A stretch of 64,000 bases of DNA from Deltaproteobacteria bacterium (GTDB lineage Bacteria; Myxococcota; Kuafuiibacteriia; Kuafuiibacteriales; Kuafuiibacteriaceae): positions 1-64,000 of the forward strand of contig JAVJQW010000033.1 in the NCBI GenBank assembly GCA_040218735.1, in the 5' to 3' direction. Below are positions 38,739-48,432 of the stretch, one piece after another. The notes beneath the pieces were generated by a model. That model was not told the DNA's origin, searched no databases, and was given only the letters and a program-made list of their open reading frames with translations. The position numbers were made by a program, and so were the translations under genes. How positions within the stretch are numbered: the stretch's first letter is position 1; every line of letters starts with the position of its first letter.

Positions 38739-39542
38739 TTGGAGCCCCCTGCGCCCACCGATGGGGGGATAGGGTGGCTGGTCGCCGCTGTCTGGCGCCG
38801 CCGCTACCTCGTCGCCCTCGGGTCCCTCTTGTGCGGGATCGCCGCGGGTGGCCTGTCCATGCTGCGACCGAAGACGACGCAGGCCGTCGTCCAGATTCGT
38901 ATGGGGGCGATCGCGCCGATCGGGTTCGTCGAACAGGGCGAGGAGATCGTGCAACGCCTCTCGTCGCTGTCGTCGGCGCTCGACCTCGCTCAGATGAAAC
39001 CCGCGGACGCGGCCACGGCGGCGGGTGTCGACAGGAAGGACCTCCGCGCGGTGCTGGCGCTGAGCGCGACGGTGCATGGCCAGGGGCGGCTCGTTCAGTT
39101 CGTGGTCGAGGCGCCGAACGAGGAGCTCGCGCGCAAGGTCGCGCTGCAGGCGTCGCAGCAGCTCAAAGAGGAGCACGACGCGATCTTCGACACCACGCAC
39201 AAGGAGAACCTCGCGCGCATCCAGCAGCTCGAAGAGATCCTGGAGCGCATGAAGAAGGACGAGGCCGCGGTGGCGCGGAGTCCGGAGGTGGCGCCCGAGG
39301 TCGGTCGGTGGACCGCAGTGGCGCAGCTCGCGAAGGACATCTCGTCGCTCAAGGAGGCGAACCTCCCGCCCAAGGCGTTCCGCACGCGCATCATCGCGGG
39401 TCCGGACGTGAAGCCTTCGCACAAGGGGCCGTCGCGGATCCTGACGGTGTTGTTCGGCCTGTTCACGGGCGCGGTGCTCGCGCTGATCCTGATCGTGGCG
39501 GCCGAGTCGGCGGCGCCGTACCTCGAAGCGAAAGAACGATAG
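38739..39542 (+). CDS. Wzz-like polysaccharide co-polymerase
   Basis: WRRR plus TM, coiled coil, P...P motif plus C-terminal TM. Confidence 0.78.
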   Translation: MEPPAPTDGGIGWLVAAVWRRRYLVALGSLLCGIAAGGLSMLRPKTTQAVVQIRMGAIAPIGFVEQGEEIVQRLSSLSSALDLAQMKPADAATAAGVDRKDLRAVLALSATVHGQGRLVQFVVEAPNEELARKVALQASQQLKEEHDAIFDTTHKENLARIQQLEEILERMKKDEAAVARSPEVAPEVGRWTAVAQLAKDISSLKEANLPPKAFRTRIIAGPDVKPSHKGPSRILTVLFGLFTGAVLALILIVAAESAAPYLEAKER

Positions 39543-39551
39543 GCACTGGCC

Positions 39552-40721
39552 ATGCGCGTCGGGATGATCCTCGACAAGGAGTATCCGCCCGACGTTCGGG
39601 TGCGTCGTGAAGCGCGCGCGCTCGTGGCGGCGGGGCACGAGGTGCTGCTCGTCGCGCGGAACCGCAAGGGGGCCGCGCGGGAGGAGACGATCGACGGCGT
39701 GCGGGTGCTGCGACTTCCTCCGCTCGACTTCGCGGGGCCGCGCGCGGCGCGCTGGATGAGTTTGCCCGTGCCGGTGAACCCGTTCTACCTCGCGGCGATC
39801 ACGCGGCTCGTGCACGAGGAGAACGTCGACGTCCTGCACGTGCACGACCTCCCGTTGGTCGTCGGTGCGGCTGCGATCGCGAAGACACGCGGGGTGCCGG
39901 TCGTGTTCGATCTGCACGAGGACTACCCATCGATGATCGCGGACGAGGTGAGCTCGCGCGCGGGGAAGATCATCTTCCGTCGGCTGCGTGCGTTGCATCA
40001 GCTGGAGCGGGTGAGTTTGGCGGCGGCGGATCACTGCCTGGTGGTGGTCGAGGAGCAGCGGCAGCGTTTGATCGGATTGGGGGTGCCGCCCGACCAGGTG
40101 ACGGTGGTGCCGAACGTCCTGGACCTGTCGGACCTCCCGCCGGCGCCCGAGTACGTGGAGCCGACGGAGGAGGTCGTGTTCCTGTACACGGGCATCTTCG
40201 GGCCGACGCGCGGGCTCTCGCAGCTGCTCGACGCGTTGGCGAAGTGGCCCGCGGAGCCCGCGGTGCGGGTCGTGTTGGTCGGTGACGGCGAGGAGCGCGA
40301 GCCCCTGGAGCGCCAGGCGCGTTCGTTGGGGTTGTCGGACCGCGTGACGTTCGCGGGGTGGCAGCCGCACGACAAGTTGGGTGAGTTCATGGCGGCGGCG
40401 GACGTGGGTTTGATTCCGCACGTGAAGACGCCCCACGTCGAGACGACGATGCCCAACAAGATTTATGAGTTCCTCGCGTATGGGTTGCCGGTGGTGACCT
40501 CCGACGCGGCGCCGCTCGCGCGACTGGTGAACGAAGCGGAGTGTGGGATCTCGGTCGACGTCGAGGACCCGGAGGCGTTTGCGAAGGCGTTGTTCACGAT
40601 GGCCTCCGACACCGACCTTCGGCTGAAGTACAGCGACGCCGGGCGTCGGTACGTCGTGAACCGCCACAACTGGTCGAAGCTCGGCGCGCCCGCGTTGCTC
40701 GGCGCGTACGCTACTCTGTAA
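39552..40721 (+). CDS. Glycosyltransferase family 4
   Basis: DVRVRREA, LHVHDLP, MPNKIYEFLAYGLPVVTSD. Confidence 0.95.
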   Translation: MRVGMILDKEYPPDVRVRREARALVAAGHEVLLVARNRKGAAREETIDGVRVLRLPPLDFAGPRAARWMSLPVPVNPFYLAAITRLVHEENVDVLHVHDLPLVVGAAAIAKTRGVPVVFDLHEDYPSMIADEVSSRAGKIIFRRLRALHQLERVSLAAADHCLVVVEEQRQRLIGLGVPPDQVTVVPNVLDLSDLPPAPEYVEPTEEVVFLYTGIFGPTRGLSQLLDALAKWPAEPAVRVVLVGDGEEREPLERQARSLGLSDRVTFAGWQPHDKLGEFMAAADVGLIPHVKTPHVETTMPNKIYEFLAYGLPVVTSDAAPLARLVNEAECGISVDVEDPEAFAKALFTMASDTDLRLKYSDAGRRYVVNRHNWSKLGAPALLGAYATL

Positions 40722-40724
40722 CTC

Positions 40725-41927
40725 ATGCGAGGTGCGCTGAGCACGAGCGCGGGGGTCGGCGTGGTGATGGTCGCCGCGGCGCTGTCGCAGTTCTTCGCGA
40801 TGATCCTGCTGGGGCGCACGTCTGAGGCTGCGCTCGGACAGGTGTCGCTCGTGCTGTCGACCGCGACGGTGGTCGGGACGTTTGCGTTGGTCGGGCAGTC
40901 CAACGCCTTCGCGCGGATCCTGGCGCGTGGCGATGCGGCCCAGCTTGCGTGGCCGGTGCAGCTGCGACGCGCGCTGCTCGAGTCCGTCGTGCTGTCGGCG
41001 GCGATGGGGTTGGTCGCGTCGTGGGCGCTGTCGATGTCGTGGATGGCGACCGGCGTGGTGGTCGTCGCGGCGGCGGGGCTGGCGGTGTCGGAGCTCGTGG
41101 CGTCGGGCGTGCTGCGGCCGCTGGGGAAGTTCTTCTCCGCGTCGTTGCTCCTGCGGTTCTGGTCGTTGGCGTTGGGGCTCGCGGTGGTCGGGCTGTTCTT
41201 GGCGGAGGGGCTGACCAAGGACTCCTCGCTGTTGGCGTTCGGCGCGGTGGCGGGCGTCGGGGTGGTGCTCGGCCCTCTGGCTTTGATCCGCGCGCCTTCC
41301 GGGGAGGAGCCGCTGCCGTCGACGTGGCGGCGTACGGGCTTCATGTTCTGGTCGATCCAGCTGTGCCTGATCGCGACGCGGCACCTGGATAGGTTGGTGC
41401 TCGGCGGCGTGCTCGGCGAAGAGACGCTCGCGAAGTACCAGGCGGTGCTGACGCTGTTGATGGCGTTCGATCTCGCGTCGACCGCGCTCGGGTTCGTGTT
41501 GTTGCCGAAGCTCGCGCGCACGGCGCGCGTGAACGCGCCGCGGCTGGGGTCGATGGTGGGCGCGGTCGCGGCCGCGGGCGTGGTGGGTTATCTGCTGCTG
41601 GCGGAGCCGGTGCTGCACTGGGCCTACGACGGCCACTTCGACGACTCGGCTTTTTTGATCTCGTGGTTCGTGGCGGCGGGTGTGCTGAAGGTGATCTACG
41701 CGCTGCCCTCGGCGCTCTTGGGCGGCCGCACGAGTGACCGCGCGCTGGCGTGGTTCGCGGGGCTCAACGTTCCGCTGGTGGTGGTGCATGCCACGTTGAC
41801 GGCGTACCTGGCGCACGTCGACGGCGTGCGGGGGGCGGCGATCGCGCTGGTGATCGCGTGGGGGCTGCGGTTGGTGGTGTCGATCGGGTTGGTGTGGCGG
41901 TTCTGGGAACCGGAGCGGGTGAGTTAG
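40725..41927 (+). CDS. Wzx-like oligosaccharide flippase
   Basis: About 12 TM segments, LDRLVLG...LAKY, VLLPKLA; context. Confidence 0.82.
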   Translation: MRGALSTSAGVGVVMVAAALSQFFAMILLGRTSEAALGQVSLVLSTATVVGTFALVGQSNAFARILARGDAAQLAWPVQLRRALLESVVLSAAMGLVASWALSMSWMATGVVVVAAAGLAVSELVASGVLRPLGKFFSASLLLRFWSLALGLAVVGLFLAEGLTKDSSLLAFGAVAGVGVVLGPLALIRAPSGEEPLPSTWRRTGFMFWSIQLCLIATRHLDRLVLGGVLGEETLAKYQAVLTLLMAFDLASTALGFVLLPKLARTARVNAPRLGSMVGAVAAAGVVGYLLLAEPVLHWAYDGHFDDSAFLISWFVAAGVLKVIYALPSALLGGRTSDRALAWFAGLNVPLVVVHATLTAYLAHVDGVRGAAIALVIAWGLRLVVSIGLVWRFWEPERVS

Positions 41928-41937
41928 GGTTCGGTCG

Positions 41938-42534
41938 GTGGCGGACGTCTTTCTGCGTTACGCGCGCGCTGATCTGGAGATCGCGCAGCGGGTACTCGGT
42001 GTTCTGGGATACGCGGCTTCAGGCGGGGGAGTACTTCGACGAGAAGATCGAGGCGGAGCTGGAGGCTTGCGTGTGTGTGGTGGTGCTGTGGAGCGAGCGC
42101 TCGGTGAAGCGGCGGTAGGTTCGGGTCGAAGCGCGGGAGGGGGCGGAGCGGGAGATCCTCGTGCCGGTGTCGGTACACGGGGCGCGCCCGCCGCTGGAGT
42201 TTCCGGGGATCCAGACGCTCGCGATGGACGAGGCCTCGAAGGAGGTGCTCGAGGCGCTGTGGGGCGCGGTGTCGCGGCACGTGGCGCCGTCGTCGGGAGC
42301 CGAGTCGGACGTCGTCGCGAAGCACGGTGGTGAGGTGCTGAACGCGATCGAGGTGCTTCAGGGGCGCTCGAGGGATGACGACATCGAGACGGCGCTTCAG
42401 CTCGCCGGGGGGGAGGCGTTCGGGAGGACGGGCCTCCGCAGCAGCGTTCACGCTTCGTCGAACCCAAGCGGGTCGCGCGGGGGTCGCGGTCTCGGGGCTC
42501 CGCGGGGTGGGCGTTCGATGAGGCGACGGACGGG
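41938..42534 (+). pseudogene. Disrupted TIR domain (N-terminal part of a TIR-FGE fusion)
   Basis: MADVFLRYARAD, frameshift near 41990, GYSVFWDTRLQAGEYFDEKIEAELEACVCVVVLWSERSVKRR, TAG at 42116-42118 where Trp is expected, then VRVEAREG...LVPV; a further frameshift near 42430. Confidence 0.85.
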
Positions 42535-43263
42535 TTGGGACGTAGCGCGGTCGTGCGGATCGGTGACGTCGGGTTTCGGATGCGGTGGATCGAGGCCGGG
42601 ACGTTCCAGATGGGATCTCCGCCGGAGGATCGGGAGGCCTTCGACCGCGAGCGACCGCAGCACGTCGTGAGGCTCTCCGAGGGGTTCTGGATCGCCGAGG
42701 CGCCCTGCGAGCAGCGGCTCTGGGAGGCGGTGATGGGGTCGAATCCCAGCCAGTTCAAGGGGGGGAGCCGGCCCGTCGAGCGGGTCTCGTGGGACGTCGT
42801 GCAGGCCTTCCTCGCCGCGACGCCCGCGGCGCTGGGGCTCCGCCTGCCGACCGAAGCGGAGTGGGAGTACGCTTGCCGCGCGGGTTCGACCGCGCCGCGC
42901 TACGGTGAGCTCGACGCCATCGCTTGGTACCGAAAGAACGCGGGCGCCGGGACCCACGCGGTGAAGGAGAAACAACCCAATGTGTGGGGCCTCTACGATA
43001 CGTTGGGCAACGTCTACGAGTGGTGTGCCGATGGCGCCGATGGCTTGGTGGGTGATCGGTACGCAGCAGGGGTCCGCGCGAATCCGGTCGGCCCGTCGGG
43101 CGAGCGCCCGGGCCGCGTCTTGCGTGGTGGCTCGTGGGACGCCGACGCGGGGTACGTCCGCGCAGCGTGCCGCTTCGCGGCCCTCCGCGACCTTCGCCGT
43201 GGCGTCGTCGGGTTCCGGCTTGCCCGAGGTCGAGCCCAGCCCAGCCCCGGCGGAGCCGGTTAG
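42535..43263 (+). CDS. FGE-sulfatase (SUMF1) domain, probably C-terminal remnant of the TIR fusion
   Basis: FQMGS, ERPQHVV, PVERVSW, RLPTEAEWEYACRAG, GLYDTLGNVYEW, RGGSW, GFRLA. Confidence 0.88.
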   Translation: MGRSAVVRIGDVGFRMRWIEAGTFQMGSPPEDREAFDRERPQHVVRLSEGFWIAEAPCEQRLWEAVMGSNPSQFKGGSRPVERVSWDVVQAFLAATPAALGLRLPTEAEWEYACRAGSTAPRYGELDAIAWYRKNAGAGTHAVKEKQPNVWGLYDTLGNVYEWCADGADGLVGDRYAAGVRANPVGPSGERPGRVLRGGSWDADAGYVRAACRFAALRDLRRGVVGFRLARGRAQPSPGGAG

Positions 43264-43492
43264 CCCCGCGGAGCGGGGCAGGGAGTGCGCGGGACGCGCC
43301 CGTGACGTGTCCTGCTGACGACACCGAAGTCGACTCCCCATGCACGTCGTTCGCGTCGCGTTCTCCGGAAACAGCGCGGAGCACTTCGGCGCCCGCATAT
43401 GCGGGATCGGCGGAGCCCGGGAAGCGCGACACGCCTCGCGGGCCCCACGCACATCGCGGTGCATCCTCCAGAGCCCGGAGACAGCGTTGCTT

Positions 43493-43516
43493 CGCACGTC
43501 CGTCGTGCGCTTTTTT
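43493..43516 (+). terminator. Rho-independent terminator-like hairpin
   Basis: CGCACG-TCCGT-CGTGCG followed by CTTTTTT, just before the conserved 183-nt block. Confidence 0.55.
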
Positions 43517-43526
43517 CATTCGAGTC

Positions 43527-43709
43527 TTGACGGATTCGGAGGCCCTGTCCGGCGATTCTCATCGACGAACGCCGTCGCATCCGAGTTTTTCTGAGTTTGT
43601 CCGGCCTTCGCGCGTTGGCGGGCCGTACGGTGCGTTCTGGTCGATATTGGGTTGTGATCCTCGACGAGCGTCGAATCGGAGCCCGAGTCCTCGATGATAC
43701 GATCGTTGC
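43527..43709 (+). repeat. Conserved 183-nt upstream block of HNH element, copy 2
   Basis: Ungapped match to the reverse complement of 288..470; ends with TGaTACGAT-N6-ATG. Confidence 0.85.
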
Positions 43710-44702
43710 ATGAGTTTGATCGACCGCAAGTTGTCTTGCATGACCCAGGACGATCTCTTGAAAGGCCTTCGAACTGCGCTGCGCGCCGAGCGCGAGAGCG
43801 GCGTTCAGGCCCTCCAATTCATGGCCGAGATCGAGCGCCGTAAACTCTACATTCCGCGAGGCTTCAGCTCCCTGTTTCGGTTCTGCGTCGAGGGCCTCGG
43901 TCTCACCGAGGACCAGGCGTGTCGGCGTGTCGCCGTCGTTCGCGCGGCGGCCCGAGTCCCCGACGTGTTGCCGCTCCTGGCGTCCGGTGAGTTGCACATG
44001 ACTGGCGTCGCCAAGCTCTCGAAGTTCATGACAGACGACAACGCGCACAGCCTCGTCGAGCAGGCGCGCAATAGATCCAAGGCCGAAGTGGAGCTGATGA
44101 TTGCGACCGAGTTCCCGGGCGCGAAGAGTACGGACGACCGCGTCGAAGCCGCGACGGCGGAGACGTTCAATTTCCGCTTCGACGGGAGCGCCGAGGCAAA
44201 GGCGCTTTTGGATCGAGCGAAGGAGCTCACGCCGCCGGGCACGGACATCGGGGAGATCTTCGAGGCCGCGCTCGCGTTGTACGTGGCGAAACTGGAAAGG
44301 CGCAAGAACGGGAGGACGAGCCGCCCGCGTTCCCTCGCTACGAACGACGCGCCGGCGGGCGCCGCATACGTTCCGGCCGCGACCCGGCGCGCAGTCGTGG
44401 AGCGCGATGGTGCACGGTGTACCTACGTCGGCTCCGACGGCCGGCGCTGCAGCGAGCGCTCGAACCTCGAATTCGATCACGTGGGCGGACGGGCGTTGGG
44501 CGGCAAGAGCATCCCCAGCGAGCTGCGATTGCTCTGTCGTTCGCACAACCTTCACGCAGCCCGCGAGGTGTTCGGCCACGAATTCGTCGACCGCAGAATC
44601 CGCGAGCGCCGATCTACCCTGACTGGTCAGGGTAGATATTCCGGACGCGCCGGCGCAGTAGAGTGCGAGCCGTCGGGGGTGCACACCCAGGGGCGGGACT
44701 GA
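43710..44702 (+). CDS. HNH endonuclease family protein (DUF222/REP13E12-like architecture)
   Basis: Helical N-domain LYIPRGFSSLFRFCVEGL; HNH domain RRAVVERDGARCTY...RC...LEFDH...GG...LRLLCRSHN; atypical codon usage. Confidence 0.9.
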   Translation: MSLIDRKLSCMTQDDLLKGLRTALRAERESGVQALQFMAEIERRKLYIPRGFSSLFRFCVEGLGLTEDQACRRVAVVRAAARVPDVLPLLASGELHMTGVAKLSKFMTDDNAHSLVEQARNRSKAEVELMIATEFPGAKSTDDRVEAATAETFNFRFDGSAEAKALLDRAKELTPPGTDIGEIFEAALALYVAKLERRKNGRTSRPRSLATNDAPAGAAYVPAATRRAVVERDGARCTYVGSDGRRCSERSNLEFDHVGGRALGGKSIPSELRLLCRSHNLHAAREVFGHEFVDRRIRERRSTLTGQGRYSGRAGAVECEPSGVHTQGRD

Positions 44703-44781
44703 GGGCGTCGATGCCCGCGTTCGAGCGTCCCCTCCACCTCGGTCATTTAGCTCGGGCGTGCCACAACCTTCGCGCAGCCGC
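44636..44781 (+). pseudogene. Decayed tandem duplicate of the HNH domain
   Basis: TTCCGGACGCG vs TTCCGGCCGCG (44371); GRRC codons in frame right after the stop; CACAACCTTCGCGCAGCC (44762) vs CACAACCTTCACGCAGCC (44544), 17/18. Confidence 0.65.
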
Positions 44782-45208
44782 GACTTGCCGACCGCAGGAT
44801 CCGAAAAGCACCGCTCTGCCGGGCCCGGTCAGGGGCGGACACTCCGGGCGAGCGGTACGCAAACACACACGTTCGTGGAGAGGTACCGCCGGTCGGCCTC
44901 TCGGATTCGTCCATGCCCGGCGTCGGCCTCGGCCACACCGGCTCATCCGGGGGTCCGGAGCGGCGCCGGTGCGCCGTGGCGACTCGTCATCCGCGCCGTA
45001 GCACCGTCGCTCCGCTCATGACGCGGCGCGGGCCAAACCCCTTCCCGTCACCAGCCGGCGAACCACGGGCGAACGCCGAACTAATCCGTTGCGACGGCGC
45101 TGATCCGTACGATCCGACGCACTCGCCGCGTTTCGTACCTGCGGTTCCCCAGCGTCCGCGGCACCGGCCGCCCGCAGGTCCGGCATGGCGTTGGTCCTCG
45201 AGGCCGCA

Positions 45209-46444
45209 TCATGCGCGGCCCGCGGACTCCTGCCCTCGGATCACCCCCAGCGCCACCCAGAACACCAGCCCCACCGTCGCGTGATGCAGCGCGAAGTGTG
45301 TCAGGCCCACGACGAATACCACCACCAGGGTCGACAGCGCCCAGCGCGCGAGGTGCGCGTCGGCTCCTTGCCCTCGCCCCAACGAGCGCGCGTTTCGCAC
45401 GGCGATCCACAGCGCGCCGAAGAACATCATCGAGAAGCCGAACAGCCCCACGATCCCCGTCTCCGCCAACACCTGCAGGAACTGGTTGTGGGGCGACGTG
45501 TGGGTCACACGCGCGAGGTTCGCCGGCATGTGCGGGCCGACGACGCTGCGGTAGACGCCGTGGCCGGCGCCGAAGATCGGGTAGGCCTTCGCGACCTCCA
45601 CGCCCGCGGACATCATCGCCTTGCGGATGCCGGCGTCCTTCGTGAGCGACGACGTCACGCGTTCGCCCTGCGGTGACGCCAGCACCAGCACCACCGTCAC
45701 CACGCCCACCGCGGCGAAGGCCAAGATCGTGCGCAGGCGAACGCGGATCAGACCGAAGGTCACGGCCAACCCGGCGACCAACGCCACGAGCGCCATGCGC
45801 GCGTACGCGAACAGGACGCCAGCGCCGCTGATCACCAACGCGCCGCCGGCCAACAGCCGCCACTTTCGATCCAGCTTCCGATCGATCACCAGCGGCACCA
45901 GCATCACCAGCACCACGGCGCCGACGTGCGCGAGCTTCAGCCGGTTGTAGAACAGCCCGCTCGCGGCGCGAGTGATGCGCGGCCACCCCGGCGTCCAGAT
46001 CTGTCCCGACCGGGGGTTGCTCAACAGGTACGGGTCGAGCGGCAGCTCGCCGACCACGCGCTGCAACAGGCCGTAGGCCGCGTTGATCGTGAACGCCAAA
46101 CCAAACGCCAATGCCACGCGCCCCAACACCCGCGGCGGCGCCTTCGCGATCGTGAAGCCGACCAGCAGGGCGACCGCTTGGATCGGGCGGGTGAGATCCG
46201 TCGAAGACGCCTCACCCTCGAACGACAGGTGCCCCACGCACCCCGCCAACGCCCAGATCAGGATCCCCAGCTCGACGAAGCCCGGTCGGTACCCGCGCAA
46301 TGCCCCCGCCGCGAACGCCACCACGATCGCGACGACACACAGGATCTGCGCCGGTCCCTCGAACAGGGCGAGCATGAACACAAACCCGATCTGCGCCGCG
46401 GGGAGCGCCCGGGCGGCGGTTTCGGACAGACCAGACGAGCGCAC
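45209..46444 (-). CDS. O-antigen ligase family protein
   Basis: RAASGLFYNR, YARMA, PIFGAGHG, PHNQFLQVLAETGIVG. Confidence 0.9.
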   Translation of the reverse strand: MRSSGLSETAARALPAAQIGFVFMLALFEGPAQILCVVAIVVAFAAGALRGYRPGFVELGILIWALAGCVGHLSFEGEASSTDLTRPIQAVALLVGFTIAKAPPRVLGRVALAFGLAFTINAAYGLLQRVVGELPLDPYLLSNPRSGQIWTPGWPRITRAASGLFYNRLKLAHVGAVVLVMLVPLVIDRKLDRKWRLLAGGALVISGAGVLFAYARMALVALVAGLAVTFGLIRVRLRTILAFAAVGVVTVVLVLASPQGERVTSSLTKDAGIRKAMMSAGVEVAKAYPIFGAGHGVYRSVVGPHMPANLARVTHTSPHNQFLQVLAETGIVGLFGFSMMFFGALWIAVRNARSLGRGQGADAHLARWALSTLVVVFVVGLTHFALHHATVGLVFWVALGVIRGQESAGRA

Positions 46445-46589
46445 GGCGAAGACCGCGTGCGCTTTGACGCGAGCGCGCGTTTCACGTCAACACGGTCGAG
46501 GTTTTCGCGATGCGACGTTCTGCAACGCGCAGCCCCTGCACCGGTACGCCCCCGCGTTGGCCCGCCCCGTGCACTCCCGTCCGGGCGCG

Positions 46590-48263
<1,674 letters not shown>

Positions 48264-48432
48264 GACTGGGCGCCGCGAGGGGGCGGCTAAACCCCCGCAA
48301 CTCATACGCGTTCCGAACGGGCCGTCACCTACGTCGTAGAGGGGGGATGCCTCCCGTAACGGGACGGTAACGTCCGGACCCGCGGCGCTTTCGGCGTGCG
48401 ATGGTACGTGGGGTGCATTGGGCGCGAGCGTG

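Noticed and set aside
43100-43263. FGE C-terminus as a diversity-generating retroelement variable region
   Set aside because: No template repeat or reverse transcriptase in the window.
43527-43560. TTGACG as a sigma70 -35 box
   Set aside because: No -10 hexamer at 16-18 nt in either copy.
43695-43709. Selenocysteine or read-through at the conserved in-frame TGA before the HNH start
   Set aside because: The TG is better explained as the extended -10, and the upstream peptide is poorly conserved.
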